Below are positions 27,184 to 37,605 of a DNA stretch of 62,866 bases, piece by piece (the first letter of the stretch is position 1; each line of letters starts with the position of its first letter). Source of the DNA: Clostridia bacterium (lineage in GTDB: Bacteria; Bacillota; Clostridia; TANB77; CAG-508); contig JAFRDD010000013.1 in the NCBI GenBank assembly GCA_017404025.1, positions 1 through 62,866 of the forward strand. Reading direction: 5' to 3'. The notes beneath the pieces were generated by a model. That model was not told where the DNA came from and searched no databases. It worked only from the letters and a program-made list of their open reading frames with translations. Both the position numbers and the translations under genes were made by a program.

Positions 27184-29442
27184 TTATAATTGCTCTCTTA
27201 ATGCCCTTTTAATTTCAGCATCAACTCTTGCCTGTGGTGCTGTTCCAATTGCAGACATCATTGATTTTGATGTATAAATTTCTCTTGCTAACATTTTATA
27301 ATCTTCATCTGCATTACTATAATCATTCGAATTGAAATAATCACTACCGTTTCTTGCATGATGATTTATATCATCAATTATTCTATCTACCATTCCTGGT
27401 GGTACTGTTCCACCTTGTCCCGGTGTATAGTTAGGATTAACCATATCATCTTTATGCAAATGCATATTGCCCATAACAGTAGTAGCAACACCAACTATAT
27501 TTTCTGTTCTTACTTTTATTGCATTTCTTACATTTCCAGCTTGAATCTTTTCTACTTGATGCATTACTCTTTGCGCTGGATCTCCTTCTCCTCTGTCTTC
27601 ATATAATTTTTTCAATTCTTGTAATCTCTTTGCTAATTGTCTTTCAGCTGGGTCTGTTATTGTAGCAATATCTTTTTCATATAAATCTAAACATTTATTA
27701 TAAATTTCTTCATCACTCATATTGTCATTATCTATTCTATAATTATCCATCGCATTTGCCAAACGATTGTTATAAGCATTTTCTTGTAACTTATGTAAAT
27801 CCTTATCAATTTTACCTGTAAATTTCTTGCCAAAGTATCCTGGTCCAGTAATATATCCTGCAGCTATACCTTGTGCAGCACTTCCAGTTAATCCAGAAAC
27901 AAATGCTCCTGTCATTATTTTTGGTGTAATCTTAATTGCATTATTTAATTGTTGTAAAGAACCTTTGGCTACTAAATCATCCATAACTTTATTTGGATCA
28001 ACTGAAAATTGTTCTAATCTTTCTGCATTATTTTTCAATTTTTCTGCTAAAGCTTCGGCAAATGCTGAACTTCCAGCTCCACTATTTGCAATTCCATCAG
28101 ATATTTTATTTCCAGTATTTCTTAATACATCTCCTAATGCAGCTGCTCTCTTTCCTAAAGGTGTTGTAGCTCTTGATTCAGCTCTTGATGGAATCTTTGT
28201 ATTATCAATAGGTCCTGAAGGTGGGTTACTTGTATGATTTTGAGGTATATCTTTACATTTAAAGTCAGATGTACTAGATCCTCCACCTGCACTACCAGCA
28301 GCTTTTGCATTTTTATTTTGAGATTTAGATTGAAATTTAGACATAACACCCCAAGCAAGTGCCCCTGATGCTGCTGCATTTTCCAAAGTTCCTGCTCTAA
28401 ATCCAAATATATTTTTAATAATATCTTCTGCTTTAAATACAAACAATATAGACATAATAGCAACTATAAAATTTTTAAGAGATGTTGTTTGTGCCAATGC
28501 TTTTATTGCAGTTGAACACATCATAGCATATATTATGCAGTGAAATGGCTGTATTATTATATTAAAAATGAATTCTTTAAGCCAGGTATTTAACGCTTGT
28601 AACTTTCCAGCTCCCATTTTATCTATTGAATATGTAACTGTTATTAATGGTGAAATTGCAACTAAAAATCCTATCGTAAAGAAACGCTTTATATATTGTA
28701 CAAAAAACGCTACAGTAACACCTAAAATTGCAACATATACTATTAAAGCTCCCCATCCTCTAAAGAATCCAGAATTTATAATTACATTATCTATATCCTC
28801 TGTTACTTTTGAAAATCCATCTTGTGTATCTCCCATAATTGTATATACTAAGTCAACTAAAGAATTGTTAATATAAACAGTTCCAACCATAATATAATGT
28901 AATACAAAAAGCATTATAAATCCCATAAGCCAATCTTTAAACATTTCTTTATATTTTGCTTTTGTATCTGCTACTGAAGAAATAGCCATTCTAATTCCCA
29001 CATAAATTAACACAACTAATGAAGCTACTATAGCAATATTTCTCATTAAATAATATACTTTGGCTATACTTTCTCTTATTTTATTAACTGTTGCATCCTC
29101 ACTTTCTTCAGTATCAAAAAAATTGATATCTAAAAATTTAATTCCTTCTTTTTTTGAACTTCCAGAAAAAATTATATCTTCAGGGGTTACATTCCAATCA
29201 TCTGCTCCTGTCGCAAAAGCAGACAAAAGCCCCCATCCAACTTTTACTATCGCATATGGAATTAATTTATATGGCTTCATTATAAAATTTATTGTTCCAT
29301 CCAAAACAGTTAATGCATTTGGATCTTCTACAAACCATCCTAAAACTGGTGACTCTGCACTACTTATTAATGGAAATCCTATATTAAAAATTGTTATTAC
29401 TAAAATTAGTATACATATAAATTTTCGTAATTTAGTTTTCAT
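27184..29442 (-). CDS. VirB6/TrbL-like polytopic membrane protein, paralogue 1, with long hydrophilic C-terminus
   Basis: 752-codon ORF with signal peptide. Shares the blocks INFFD, YYLMRNIAIV..LIYVGIRMAISSVADTKAKYKEMFKDWL...HYIM and WLKEFIFNIIIQPFHCIIY with 29444-33115 and 34349-35593. Confidence 0.65.
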   Translation of the reverse strand: MKTKLRKFICILILVITIFNIGFPLISSAESPVLGWFVEDPNALTVLDGTINFIMKPYKLIPYAIVKVGWGLLSAFATGADDWNVTPEDIIFSGSSKKEGIKFLDINFFDTEESEDATVNKIRESIAKVYYLMRNIAIVASLVVLIYVGIRMAISSVADTKAKYKEMFKDWLMGFIMLFVLHYIMVGTVYINNSLVDLVYTIMGDTQDGFSKVTEDIDNVIINSGFFRGWGALIVYVAILGVTVAFFVQYIKRFFTIGFLVAISPLITVTYSIDKMGAGKLQALNTWLKEFIFNIIIQPFHCIIYAMMCSTAIKALAQTTSLKNFIVAIMSILFVFKAEDIIKNIFGFRAGTLENAAASGALAWGVMSKFQSKSQNKNAKAAGSAGGGSSTSDFKCKDIPQNHTSNPPSGPIDNTKIPSRAESRATTPLGKRAAALGDVLRNTGNKISDGIANSGAGSSAFAEALAEKLKNNAERLEQFSVDPNKVMDDLVAKGSLQQLNNAIKITPKIMTGAFVSGLTGSAAQGIAAGYITGPGYFGKKFTGKIDKDLHKLQENAYNNRLANAMDNYRIDNDNMSDEEIYNKCLDLYEKDIATITDPAERQLAKRLQELKKLYEDRGEGDPAQRVMHQVEKIQAGNVRNAIKVRTENIVGVATTVMGNMHLHKDDMVNPNYTPGQGGTVPPGMVDRIIDDINHHARNGSDYFNSNDYSNADEDYKMLAREIYTSKSMMSAIGTAPQARVDAEIKRALREQL

Positions 29443-29443
29443 A

Positions 29444-32400
29444 TTATTTTTTTCCTTTCATTTTTCGTTCAACATCCTTAGACTCTTGGATTATGCCAAT
29501 CAATCTTTGATATTCTGGTTTTACTCTTAAGTTATCATCTATTACACTTGAATTTATTGTACTAGCCTCTTTAATACTCTTTATTAACTGGTCATGTGTA
29601 ATTGATGAAATATATTTGTCCATTGGTTGAGTATTAGTATTATTAGCAATAATACGCGAAATATCAAATACCTTTCTGTTTACTAGTCTTTCTTTAGCGA
29701 ATTCATCAGTTATTGGTCTTCCCCATCTAGCTTGGTAAGTCGCTTTTTCGTTTGCTATATCTGCTTGTGTAATACCTGCTGCAACTGATGGCCTTTGTAA
29801 TTCTGCCATTTGGCCAGCCATAATTTGTTTGAAATTATCTTTAAAGTTTACTGCATTGATTCTTCCTGTTTCTGTACCTATTCTGTCTATTATAGCATTT
29901 GCATCAGCTAAATTCATTCCTGTTTGTTCAACTTTGTCTTTCTTTCTCCACTTGTCTATTTCCATTCTTTTTTCTGTTAATTTTGTTGAAGAATCCAAAG
30001 CTCCTTTTATTAATTCTTTCTTTCTAGAATCACTTAGACCTGCATATTCTGAAACAACATCAGCTTCTCTAACTTCTGAAGGTCTTATATTTCTACGCTG
30101 TGCAATTTGTTTTCTTAATTCTGTTTTAATATATTCATCAAATTTATCTTTATCAAATTCAATATTTTTGTCTTGTTTTTTCATTGCTGCACCAATTTGT
30201 ATTTCCATATTTCTAACATCTGACGTTCCTGATATAATATGGTCTATTTCATGTATATTACTTGATCTGTCTAACGCTCTATTTATAAGTGCTTCTCTTT
30301 GAGATGCACTCATTGTTCTAAATGCCTGTCTCATATCTTGTTTTGTAACACTACTTGCTGTTATACCTCTACTTGTTGCTACACTATTTCGTAAATTATC
30401 CATAAATTCTCGTTGGAATTTAGTTTTAGAGTATTCATAATTTCTTCTGTCAGTTTTCATTGTTTTTCCTAACATAGTTCCAATATCATCTATATTAGTT
30501 GTACCATTAGCAATCTGATTTATAGCCATAGTAACATCTGTTGTTCTATTAGCATCTACTTCAAACATAATGTTTTGAATAATATCTGAAGAAATATGTG
30601 TTTTTGCTTGCGCATATATTGTTTTTAGTTCATCTATATCTATCGAACTATCTTCAAATAATTTTCTATATTCTTTTCTTGCGTCTTTATCTAACTTTTT
30701 CTTTAATATCTCAAATTGAGCATTATATACTTTATTTCCTCTTGTTTCTTCATAATCTTTATTTAATCTATCTATTCCTCTTATCCTGTCATATGCTCCT
30801 AATGTTCCAAAGTTTAATACTGCATCACGCATTTTTTCTGCTAACCCTTGTGGTGCTCTATAATTCTTACTTTGTTTAGCATAACTATTTATTCCCTTTT
30901 TAAAATGCTTACTTGCAGTAAAGGCCGCTGGTAATCCACCTGCTCCTTCTACAGCAATCATTGGAATTGCAAGTGATGAATATGCTATTCCAGCAGCTGT
31001 ATTTCCTGCTATTGATAACTTATTTTTAAATTCTTTTCTATCTGCCTTATCAATTGCTTCTTTTTGTTTAAATAATGAATTTGCAATTTTAGTAGAATCC
31101 ATATCTGCTATTTCACTAAAACTCATATTTTGATTTCCTTCTAGTATAAAGCTACTTGGATCTGTCCAAGAACTTGTTCTTCCAACATTAACACTAGTTT
31201 GTCCTGCAGCTTTTGCTCTGTCTATATCATCTTTAAGTTTTAATATTTTTGCATCTCTTCGTAATTCATTTGCTCTTTTATGTATTTTACTTATAGGCTT
31301 TGTAACTGGACTTGTTACTACACCTAGTACTCTTGTATTTGCTCCAACAACAGATTTTGCAATTTTAGCACCATATGCTACACCTACTGATTTTTTAATT
31401 ATATCTGTAATATTTCCTGATTTAATTCCAAATATTTGCTTAAATATACTCTCAGCCTTTAATAAAAACATTATCATTACTATTGCTATAAATATTCCTT
31501 TAAAAGATTCTCCTCCTATTTGGTAAGCTAACCTTGCAAACATTGTATAAAGAAGAGCATGTACACTCTGTATAATTATATTATATACATATTCTTTTAA
31601 CCATCTTCCGTAAGATTGTGCTTTATTGTCTTTTATTTTATCTAATGAATATAGCACTCCTATAAATGGTGCCATAAGTGTAAGTATTGCTACTACTATA
31701 TATCTTTTAAAATATACCCATAAAAATCTTATAAGCAAATATACAAGTATTATATAAAATAAAGTTGACTCCCAACCAACGCTTGCTTGCAAAGCATAAG
31801 AACCATTTCTTACAGTATCATACAATGATTCTTCAGATCCATAAAATGCCATTCCTGATTTATTAATTAAATCTAAACCTGCATTATTTAATTGTAAAAC
31901 TATAATCATTATATAATGTATAGAAAATACCATAACAAAGCTTACAAACCAACTTTTTAATAAGTCTTTGTATTTTGCTTTTTCATCTGCTATAGTTGAA
32001 AGTGCAGCACGTATACCAAGGTATATTAATGTTACAAGTAATAAAACAATTGAAAGATTTCTTATAACATAATACCATACTGCTATATTCTTTCTTATAA
32101 CATATAATATATTATCCTCCCCACCTTGAATTTCAACTCCACCTGCATGGCTAAAATCAAAAAAGTTTACATCTAAAACTGGTACTTTATTAAATAATAA
32201 TTTTTCTACTGTTAAACTTGACTCTATTCCTGTAACAGCTTCCATTGTGTTATCTATTAATACTTCTATTATTTCTACCCATCCTACTATTACAGCTCTC
32301 ATTAAATATGTATCAATTCCAATATACCAATCAAGAATATCCTCTAAACTTATAGGCATAAATAAATCTCTTATTTTCATGCCAAATTTTCCTTGTTGCA

Positions 32401-33115
32401 ATCCTTTGTATTCAAAACTATTTTGTATTGGTTCAGTATATACTGTAACTAAATTTCTTTTATTAATTCTTTGTAATCCTTGTTCTGTTATTCTTGCTAT
32501 CATATATGTTCCATTTGTTGGATTAAAATCTCTCTTTTTGACTCCACTTATTCCAGTGCCTTCTTCATAATTACAGTCTATTATTTTATTATCTCCAACA
32601 TAAATTACAGTATGGCTATTATCTCCCTCTGTAAAATATAATATTATATCTCCTTTTTTAGGTTCATCTGTTACATATTCAAACCAACCATTTGCATAAG
32701 AAAGCCCTTCATCATCTGGCCTCCAAACAAATCCATATTTTCCACTTGCAGCTTCTGGAATGTTTAATCCTGTTGAATAATGTATTACAAAATTTACCCA
32801 TCCTAAACAGTCCATTGCAAATTTATTCTCATATGTTGTCCCTGTTGGAACTGCCCCATTGTTATTAGTATATCTTTCTCCTCTATATGCAGCTGCACTT
32901 GCTTCTGGTGTTTGGTCATATATTGTATCGTTTTTTCCATATGTTGCTTCAAAGTTAACTGCAAATTTATATATTGTATTCATAAATTCTTCTTGAGTAA
33001 CAGCTTCATATTCTGCATATACATTTTTGCTAAAAAATAATAATACAAAAAAGAAGAACATAAATAAGATTAATAGTTTAATTATTTTTCTATTAACAAT
33101 TTTTTTATTAACCAT
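29444..33115 (-). CDS. NlpC/P60 hydrolase fused to VirB6-like membrane domain (paralogue 2) and repeat-containing tail
   Basis: 1223-codon ORF. NlpC/P60 Cys/His (MDCLGWVNFV...SHTVIYVG) at 32486-32968. Paralogue blocks are VNFFD, IADEKAKYKDLLKSWF...HYIM, WLKEYVYNIIIQSVHALLY. C-terminal ~90-aa module occurs about 3 times (29666-30532). Confidence 0.78.
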   Translation of the reverse strand: MVNKKIVNRKIIKLLILFMFFFFVLLFFSKNVYAEYEAVTQEEFMNTIYKFAVNFEATYGKNDTIYDQTPEASAAAYRGERYTNNNGAVPTGTTYENKFAMDCLGWVNFVIHYSTGLNIPEAASGKYGFVWRPDDEGLSYANGWFEYVTDEPKKGDIILYFTEGDNSHTVIYVGDNKIIDCNYEEGTGISGVKKRDFNPTNGTYMIARITEQGLQRINKRNLVTVYTEPIQNSFEYKGLQQGKFGMKIRDLFMPISLEDILDWYIGIDTYLMRAVIVGWVEIIEVLIDNTMEAVTGIESSLTVEKLLFNKVPVLDVNFFDFSHAGGVEIQGGEDNILYVIRKNIAVWYYVIRNLSIVLLLVTLIYLGIRAALSTIADEKAKYKDLLKSWFVSFVMVFSIHYIMIIVLQLNNAGLDLINKSGMAFYGSEESLYDTVRNGSYALQASVGWESTLFYIILVYLLIRFLWVYFKRYIVVAILTLMAPFIGVLYSLDKIKDNKAQSYGRWLKEYVYNIIIQSVHALLYTMFARLAYQIGGESFKGIFIAIVMIMFLLKAESIFKQIFGIKSGNITDIIKKSVGVAYGAKIAKSVVGANTRVLGVVTSPVTKPISKIHKRANELRRDAKILKLKDDIDRAKAAGQTSVNVGRTSSWTDPSSFILEGNQNMSFSEIADMDSTKIANSLFKQKEAIDKADRKEFKNKLSIAGNTAAGIAYSSLAIPMIAVEGAGGLPAAFTASKHFKKGINSYAKQSKNYRAPQGLAEKMRDAVLNFGTLGAYDRIRGIDRLNKDYEETRGNKVYNAQFEILKKKLDKDARKEYRKLFEDSSIDIDELKTIYAQAKTHISSDIIQNIMFEVDANRTTDVTMAINQIANGTTNIDDIGTMLGKTMKTDRRNYEYSKTKFQREFMDNLRNSVATSRGITASSVTKQDMRQAFRTMSASQREALINRALDRSSNIHEIDHIISGTSDVRNMEIQIGAAMKKQDKNIEFDKDKFDEYIKTELRKQIAQRRNIRPSEVREADVVSEYAGLSDSRKKELIKGALDSSTKLTEKRMEIDKWRKKDKVEQTGMNLADANAIIDRIGTETGRINAVNFKDNFKQIMAGQMAELQRPSVAAGITQADIANEKATYQARWGRPITDEFAKERLVNRKVFDISRIIANNTNTQPMDKYISSITHDQLIKSIKEASTINSSVIDDNLRVKPEYQRLIGIIQESKDVERKMKGKK

Positions 33116-33141
33116 TTTATTATCCTCCTTTTCTTTATTTT

Positions 33142-34335
33142 TTAACTACTTGGATTTCCTTTATTTCTTGATTTTTCTGTTAAAAATACTAAATCATTAT
33201 CAGCTTCTATATAAACATGTTTAGGTATTTCATTCATATTTTTTAAATTAATATAATTATTATATAGCACTACTCCTTGTTTTGAAGAATTATATACTAA
33301 CTCTATTCCTCTTAAAGAATATCTTATTCTTAAAGAATTGCCTGTATTTTCATATAAATCATAATCTCCCCAAATGTCTGTTAGTTTATTAGCTATATCA
33401 TTTAAATTCGTATTCTCTTCTAAATTATTTATAAATTTATTAAATTCATCATTTTGTTCATCTTCAACTCTATAAATAGAGATTTCATCTTTTTGAAAAA
33501 ATACATATATATTTTTTCCTTTATAACCTATAATTTGGCCTTGCTCAAATGTAGGATTCCCTAAAGTATTTTTTACTTTTTCAAAGTCATCTCCTACTTT
33601 TAAACTATTTACTACATTATTTTTATATTCTTTAGTAAAAACTATATTAAATACTTTTGTTCCTACTTTTTTAACTTTTAATCCTTCTTGATATAAATCA
33701 TATTTATCTACAGTTCCTGTTTTTGTTCCAAATTTTGCATTTGCTGTTTTCCATTTTACATTTATTAATTTTTGCAAAATTTCGGAATCTACTTTTATAT
33801 TGGTTTCTTTTATTTCTTTAAATTCATTTATTTGTTTTTTAGATTCTTCTTGTACATAGTAATCGTTTTGCCCATTTATTAGCATAGAAGTTATTTTTTT
33901 ATTTGTTTTATCACAAGTAACTTCTATAGTTATTTTTTTTGAATTATCTATCATAACAAAATTTGAATATTTTAAAACACTTGCAATATAGCTTGACATA
34001 GTATTAAAAAATTTTTCATTACTATTATTATTTTCATCATATAAACCTGTATTAAAATTTAAATAAATATATTTTGTATCATCTCTCTGTTCTTCTCTTT
34101 TATATTTACATCCCATGTAAATTACAACTTCTTGAACACTTTCAAAATCTGATACATTTGTATATTCTTTTTTACTTACTTTATTTTCCATTACAATTGT
34201 ATTTATTGCATTATAAATTATATATATTAAAAATATAGAAAAAATGCTTACAATACTAATTATTATTATCTTTTTTATTCCAAATTTTTTTAATTTTTCT
34301 ATAAAATTATTTATTATTCCAATTACATTATTCAT
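33142..34335 (-). CDS. Hypothetical bitopic membrane protein of the T4SS block
   Basis: 397-codon ORF with one TM (aa ~22-42). No family recognised. Confidence 0.55.
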   Translation of the reverse strand: MNNVIGIINNFIEKLKKFGIKKIIIISIVSIFSIFLIYIIYNAINTIVMENKVSKKEYTNVSDFESVQEVVIYMGCKYKREEQRDDTKYIYLNFNTGLYDENNNSNEKFFNTMSSYIASVLKYSNFVMIDNSKKITIEVTCDKTNKKITSMLINGQNDYYVQEESKKQINEFKEIKETNIKVDSEILQKLINVKWKTANAKFGTKTGTVDKYDLYQEGLKVKKVGTKVFNIVFTKEYKNNVVNSLKVGDDFEKVKNTLGNPTFEQGQIIGYKGKNIYVFFQKDEISIYRVEDEQNDEFNKFINNLEENTNLNDIANKLTDIWGDYDLYENTGNSLRIRYSLRGIELVYNSSKQGVVLYNNYINLKNMNEIPKHVYIEADNDLVFLTEKSRNKGNPSS

Positions 34336-34348
34336 TTACATCACCTAC

Positions 34349-35593
34349 CTATGTTCCAGTTGTAGATGATGCTATTTGTGTTACTGCACCCGCAACTTCT
34401 TCAGCTTTATCTGCCATATCTTGTGCACTAAAGTTATCTGCCATACTTGTAACAGTAGTTGTATTTTTAACTTGTAACATTCCTCTTACAACTCTTTCTG
34501 CTCTAGACATTGTTGCAAAAAATATTATAGCTAGTAATGGTGCTGTGGTCATAATGTTAAACGTAATAGAAATAAATATAGAATATATCATTGCATGTAG
34601 TGGTTGCATTGCCATATTTAGTGCTAGTTCTTTTAGCCAAGCATTAAATGCACCTCCACCTCCACCAGATACTTTGTCAAAAGCGTGTTGCACAAGTACT
34701 AATGGAGATATTCCAATTAAAAATGCAGTAGCAAATATCCTTTTAAAATACATATAATAAAATTTAACTTGGTAAAATACTACTACCCAATATGCAATAC
34801 TAGAAATAAGTAAATTCCATCCTTTTGCAGATTCTTCAGTCCTTGCCATTATTAATTCTTCTTCAAAGTCTCTTACTTCATCTCCACTTAAACTTATTAC
34901 TATTCTTTCTAAAAATCCCATAACTGCATCACATGCTAATGAAATTGCTGACATTATATATGGTAGTGTCATTAATATAACAAAAGCCGATAACCAAGAA
35001 ATTAACATTTGTTTATATTTTGCTTTTGATTCAGCAACACTAGAAATTGCCATTCTTATACCTGTATATATAAGTATAACTAACATTGATGCTATAGCAA
35101 CATTTCTTATAGCATAATACAATTTTGCTACATCTTCTTTTAAATTTTTAGAAAGTTTTGACTCACCATCTGAAGATGAAAAAAAGTTTACTTTAAACAT
35201 ATCTATTTTGTTAAATACTAATCTTTGTATTGAAAATGCTTTTGAATAATCTTCATCTTCTTCTGTTTTTTCTTCATCTATAACAGATAAATCCATAATA
35301 GTCTTTACTACTGTTGGAATTGTATTAAAAAGCTTTATTATATCATTTACTATCGAATTCGTTACTGATTTTGGTATTTCATATCCATGTTCTTTTCCAT
35401 TTATAAAAGAGCTACCTTTTTCACTATCTCTATTATATTTTTCTGCTGTAATTGCTTTTTCTATTTCTCCAAATGTTGATTTTTTAGTTTCATCTGCATA
35501 ATTAGTTGCTGGATAAGCATATACACAATTTTCAGGAAGAAAAACGCTAAATAGTATTATTATAAGTAATATTGATGGTATTAATTTTTTCAT
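34349..35593 (-). CDS. VirB6/TrbL-like polytopic membrane protein, paralogue 3 (minimal form)
   Basis: 414-codon ORF with signal peptide. Same conserved blocks as the other two (VNFFS, VAESKAKYKQMLISWL...PYIM, WLKELALNMAMQPLHAMIY). Confidence 0.65.
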   Translation of the reverse strand: MKKLIPSILLIIILFSVFLPENCVYAYPATNYADETKKSTFGEIEKAITAEKYNRDSEKGSSFINGKEHGYEIPKSVTNSIVNDIIKLFNTIPTVVKTIMDLSVIDEEKTEEDEDYSKAFSIQRLVFNKIDMFKVNFFSSSDGESKLSKNLKEDVAKLYYAIRNVAIASMLVILIYTGIRMAISSVAESKAKYKQMLISWLSAFVILMTLPYIMSAISLACDAVMGFLERIVISLSGDEVRDFEEELIMARTEESAKGWNLLISSIAYWVVVFYQVKFYYMYFKRIFATAFLIGISPLVLVQHAFDKVSGGGGGAFNAWLKELALNMAMQPLHAMIYSIFISITFNIMTTAPLLAIIFFATMSRAERVVRGMLQVKNTTTVTSMADNFSAQDMADKAEEVAGAVTQIASSTTGT

Positions 35594-35620
35594 TACATTT
35601 TTCCTCCTTTCCTTGTATTT

Positions 35621-37564
35621 TTATTCTCTTCTTAAATTATTTAAGTTAGTTTCTACAAACTCTAATTCTTTTTTTGTTGGTCTAATAGCTATTACTGCAG
35701 ACTCGTTTCCAACTTTTAACAAGCCTTCTCCTCTACTACATGTAATTAAAAAGTTTGATTCTCCTTCACTTAATTTAAATACTTCTTTTATGTAATGAAT
35801 TTCAGATTTATCTTGTGCTAAAAATAGCTTAGTATCTGATGATGTTAAAACTGCTTGTACTTCTGGCTTTTCATAAAAGTCTTGGAATTTTTGTGACATA
35901 ACTGCAAGTGATACGTTTCTTTTTCTTGCACGTCTTGCCATTGTATTTAAAAAGTCTACAGCTTCTGGGTATGGAAGTAACATCCATGCCTCGTCTATAA
36001 GTACTCTTTTTTTAGCAGCTTTTGTTCTATCTTCACTATTTTTCTTAACATATTTTTCCCAAATCCATGAAAGCAATATTTGCTGTGCAAGTGGTCTTGC
36101 AAATCTTTCTTCTAGTTGTGATATGTCTAAGTTTATAAATGGAACTCCTTCTAATAATTCAAATGTTGATTGTCCATCAAAATAAGCCATTTGTCCATCA
36201 TAATCTCTTACATATTGTCTCATAACTTTTATTAAATAACTGTAATGAAATCTATAATCACTATTTTCATTACTTTGAGCTTTCTGTAAAATTCTTCTAT
36301 ACCATGAGCCTATTGTTGGCATTAATTTCTTTTCTCTTCCTAAATAATTGCTGCTTACTATACTTCCAGCTTTACTATCTCTATATAAACTATTTATGTT
36401 ATTATTTATTCCAAGTGCTGCATATTCTTCTGAAACAGATTCTGCAATTATTTGTTTTGTAAGCTCATTTACATCTCTACTTCTTGTACTTCCTCTTGCC
36501 ATTGTAAGTAATGCTTGTGTTACGTCCTCTACTTTATTTTCTACATTTACTACAGTTCTTTCTTTTCCTGTTATTTCATCTCTTATAATTTCTGGCTCTA
36601 AATCAAATAAATTAATTACTGTATTTGAATTAGGGCTTATTGTTACATTTATTCCACCTAATGCTTCAGCAACTACTCCATACTCACCTTCGGCATCAAG
36701 TGCTAAACTTTCTATTCCCATTAAAACTGATGAACGAGAAGTTAATGTTTTTATTGTAACACCTTTACCGGCTCCAGATTTACCAAATATAACCATATTA
36801 TAATTTGATAATGATGAATCAAAATTGTCAAATAATACTGGTAATCCTGTTTGAACGTTAAACCCTAATGGTATTCCATTTTCATGTCCTATTTCTGATG
36901 TAAAAAATGGAAATACTGTTGACATAGAATTTCTATCAAATGCATGTGTTTTCTTTAACTTGTTTTCACAAAATGGTAAATTTGTTTTAAATGCTTCTTC
37001 CTGAATTGCCCATGCTGGTTTAACATCTGTTAAAGTTTTAGACATCTCTGCAGATAGCATTTCCGTATATTTATCTAATTCTTCTAAACTATATGCAAAT
37101 AATGTACATACCATTGTTGATTCATAAATTTTGTTAAAACCTGCGGCTATTTGATCTCTAAGTTGTTCAGCTTCCATTCTTTTTTGCTCTAGTAATCTCT
37201 CTCTGTTTATATCCCCTCTTCTTAGGGCTACTATTCTTTCAGACTCTAATTCGTTTATTGTTCTATTTAATTCTGTTTGTGATGAATTTTCTCCTTTAGG
37301 TGTAATAAATACTGATATATTTGCATCTCCAAAGGTATACATTCCTCTTAAAAATTCTGGGAATGTACACATTCTTGGTATTGCAGAAACAATCATGCTT
37401 CTTGCATATCTTGTTTTTGTTGATACTATTTCTAAATGATTTACATTAGATGCATTTACTCCAGCAGGTGCTATTAAATCTTTTAATGTTTTCTTTTTCA
37501 TTGTGCCTTCTACTTGTTCTTGCTCTTTTATATTTTCTTGTTTATTTTTATTAAATAATGCCAT
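35621..37564 (-). CDS. virB4: VirB4-family type IV secretion ATPase
   Basis: 647-codon ORF. Walker A is FGKSGAGKG (36761-36784). Also LDAEGEYGVVAEALGG motif, Walker B VLIDEAWMLL, and ARRARKRNVSLAVMSQKFQDF. N-terminal domain pattern matches Gram-positive VirB4/TcpF/PrgJ-type proteins. Confidence 0.9.
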   Translation of the reverse strand: MALFNKNKQENIKEQEQVEGTMKKKTLKDLIAPAGVNASNVNHLEIVSTKTRYARSMIVSAIPRMCTFPEFLRGMYTFGDANISVFITPKGENSSQTELNRTINELESERIVALRRGDINRERLLEQKRMEAEQLRDQIAAGFNKIYESTMVCTLFAYSLEELDKYTEMLSAEMSKTLTDVKPAWAIQEEAFKTNLPFCENKLKKTHAFDRNSMSTVFPFFTSEIGHENGIPLGFNVQTGLPVLFDNFDSSLSNYNMVIFGKSGAGKGVTIKTLTSRSSVLMGIESLALDAEGEYGVVAEALGGINVTISPNSNTVINLFDLEPEIIRDEITGKERTVVNVENKVEDVTQALLTMARGSTRSRDVNELTKQIIAESVSEEYAALGINNNINSLYRDSKAGSIVSSNYLGREKKLMPTIGSWYRRILQKAQSNENSDYRFHYSYLIKVMRQYVRDYDGQMAYFDGQSTFELLEGVPFINLDISQLEERFARPLAQQILLSWIWEKYVKKNSEDRTKAAKKRVLIDEAWMLLPYPEAVDFLNTMARRARKRNVSLAVMSQKFQDFYEKPEVQAVLTSSDTKLFLAQDKSEIHYIKEVFKLSEGESNFLITCSRGEGLLKVGNESAVIAIRPTKKELEFVETNLNNLRRE

Positions 37565-37605
37565 TTTTTATTAAACTCCTTTCTTTTTCTTATGAATATT
37601 TACTC

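Noticed and set aside
27827-36803. Many 100-157-codon plus-strand ORFs antisense to T4SS genes (for example 27827-28237, 29060-29530, 29829-30302, 36348-36803)
   Set aside because: They are shadow ORFs opposite long, well-supported minus-strand genes. They have no RBS and a Leu/Phe/Ile/Ser-rich composition typical of antisense AT-rich DNA.
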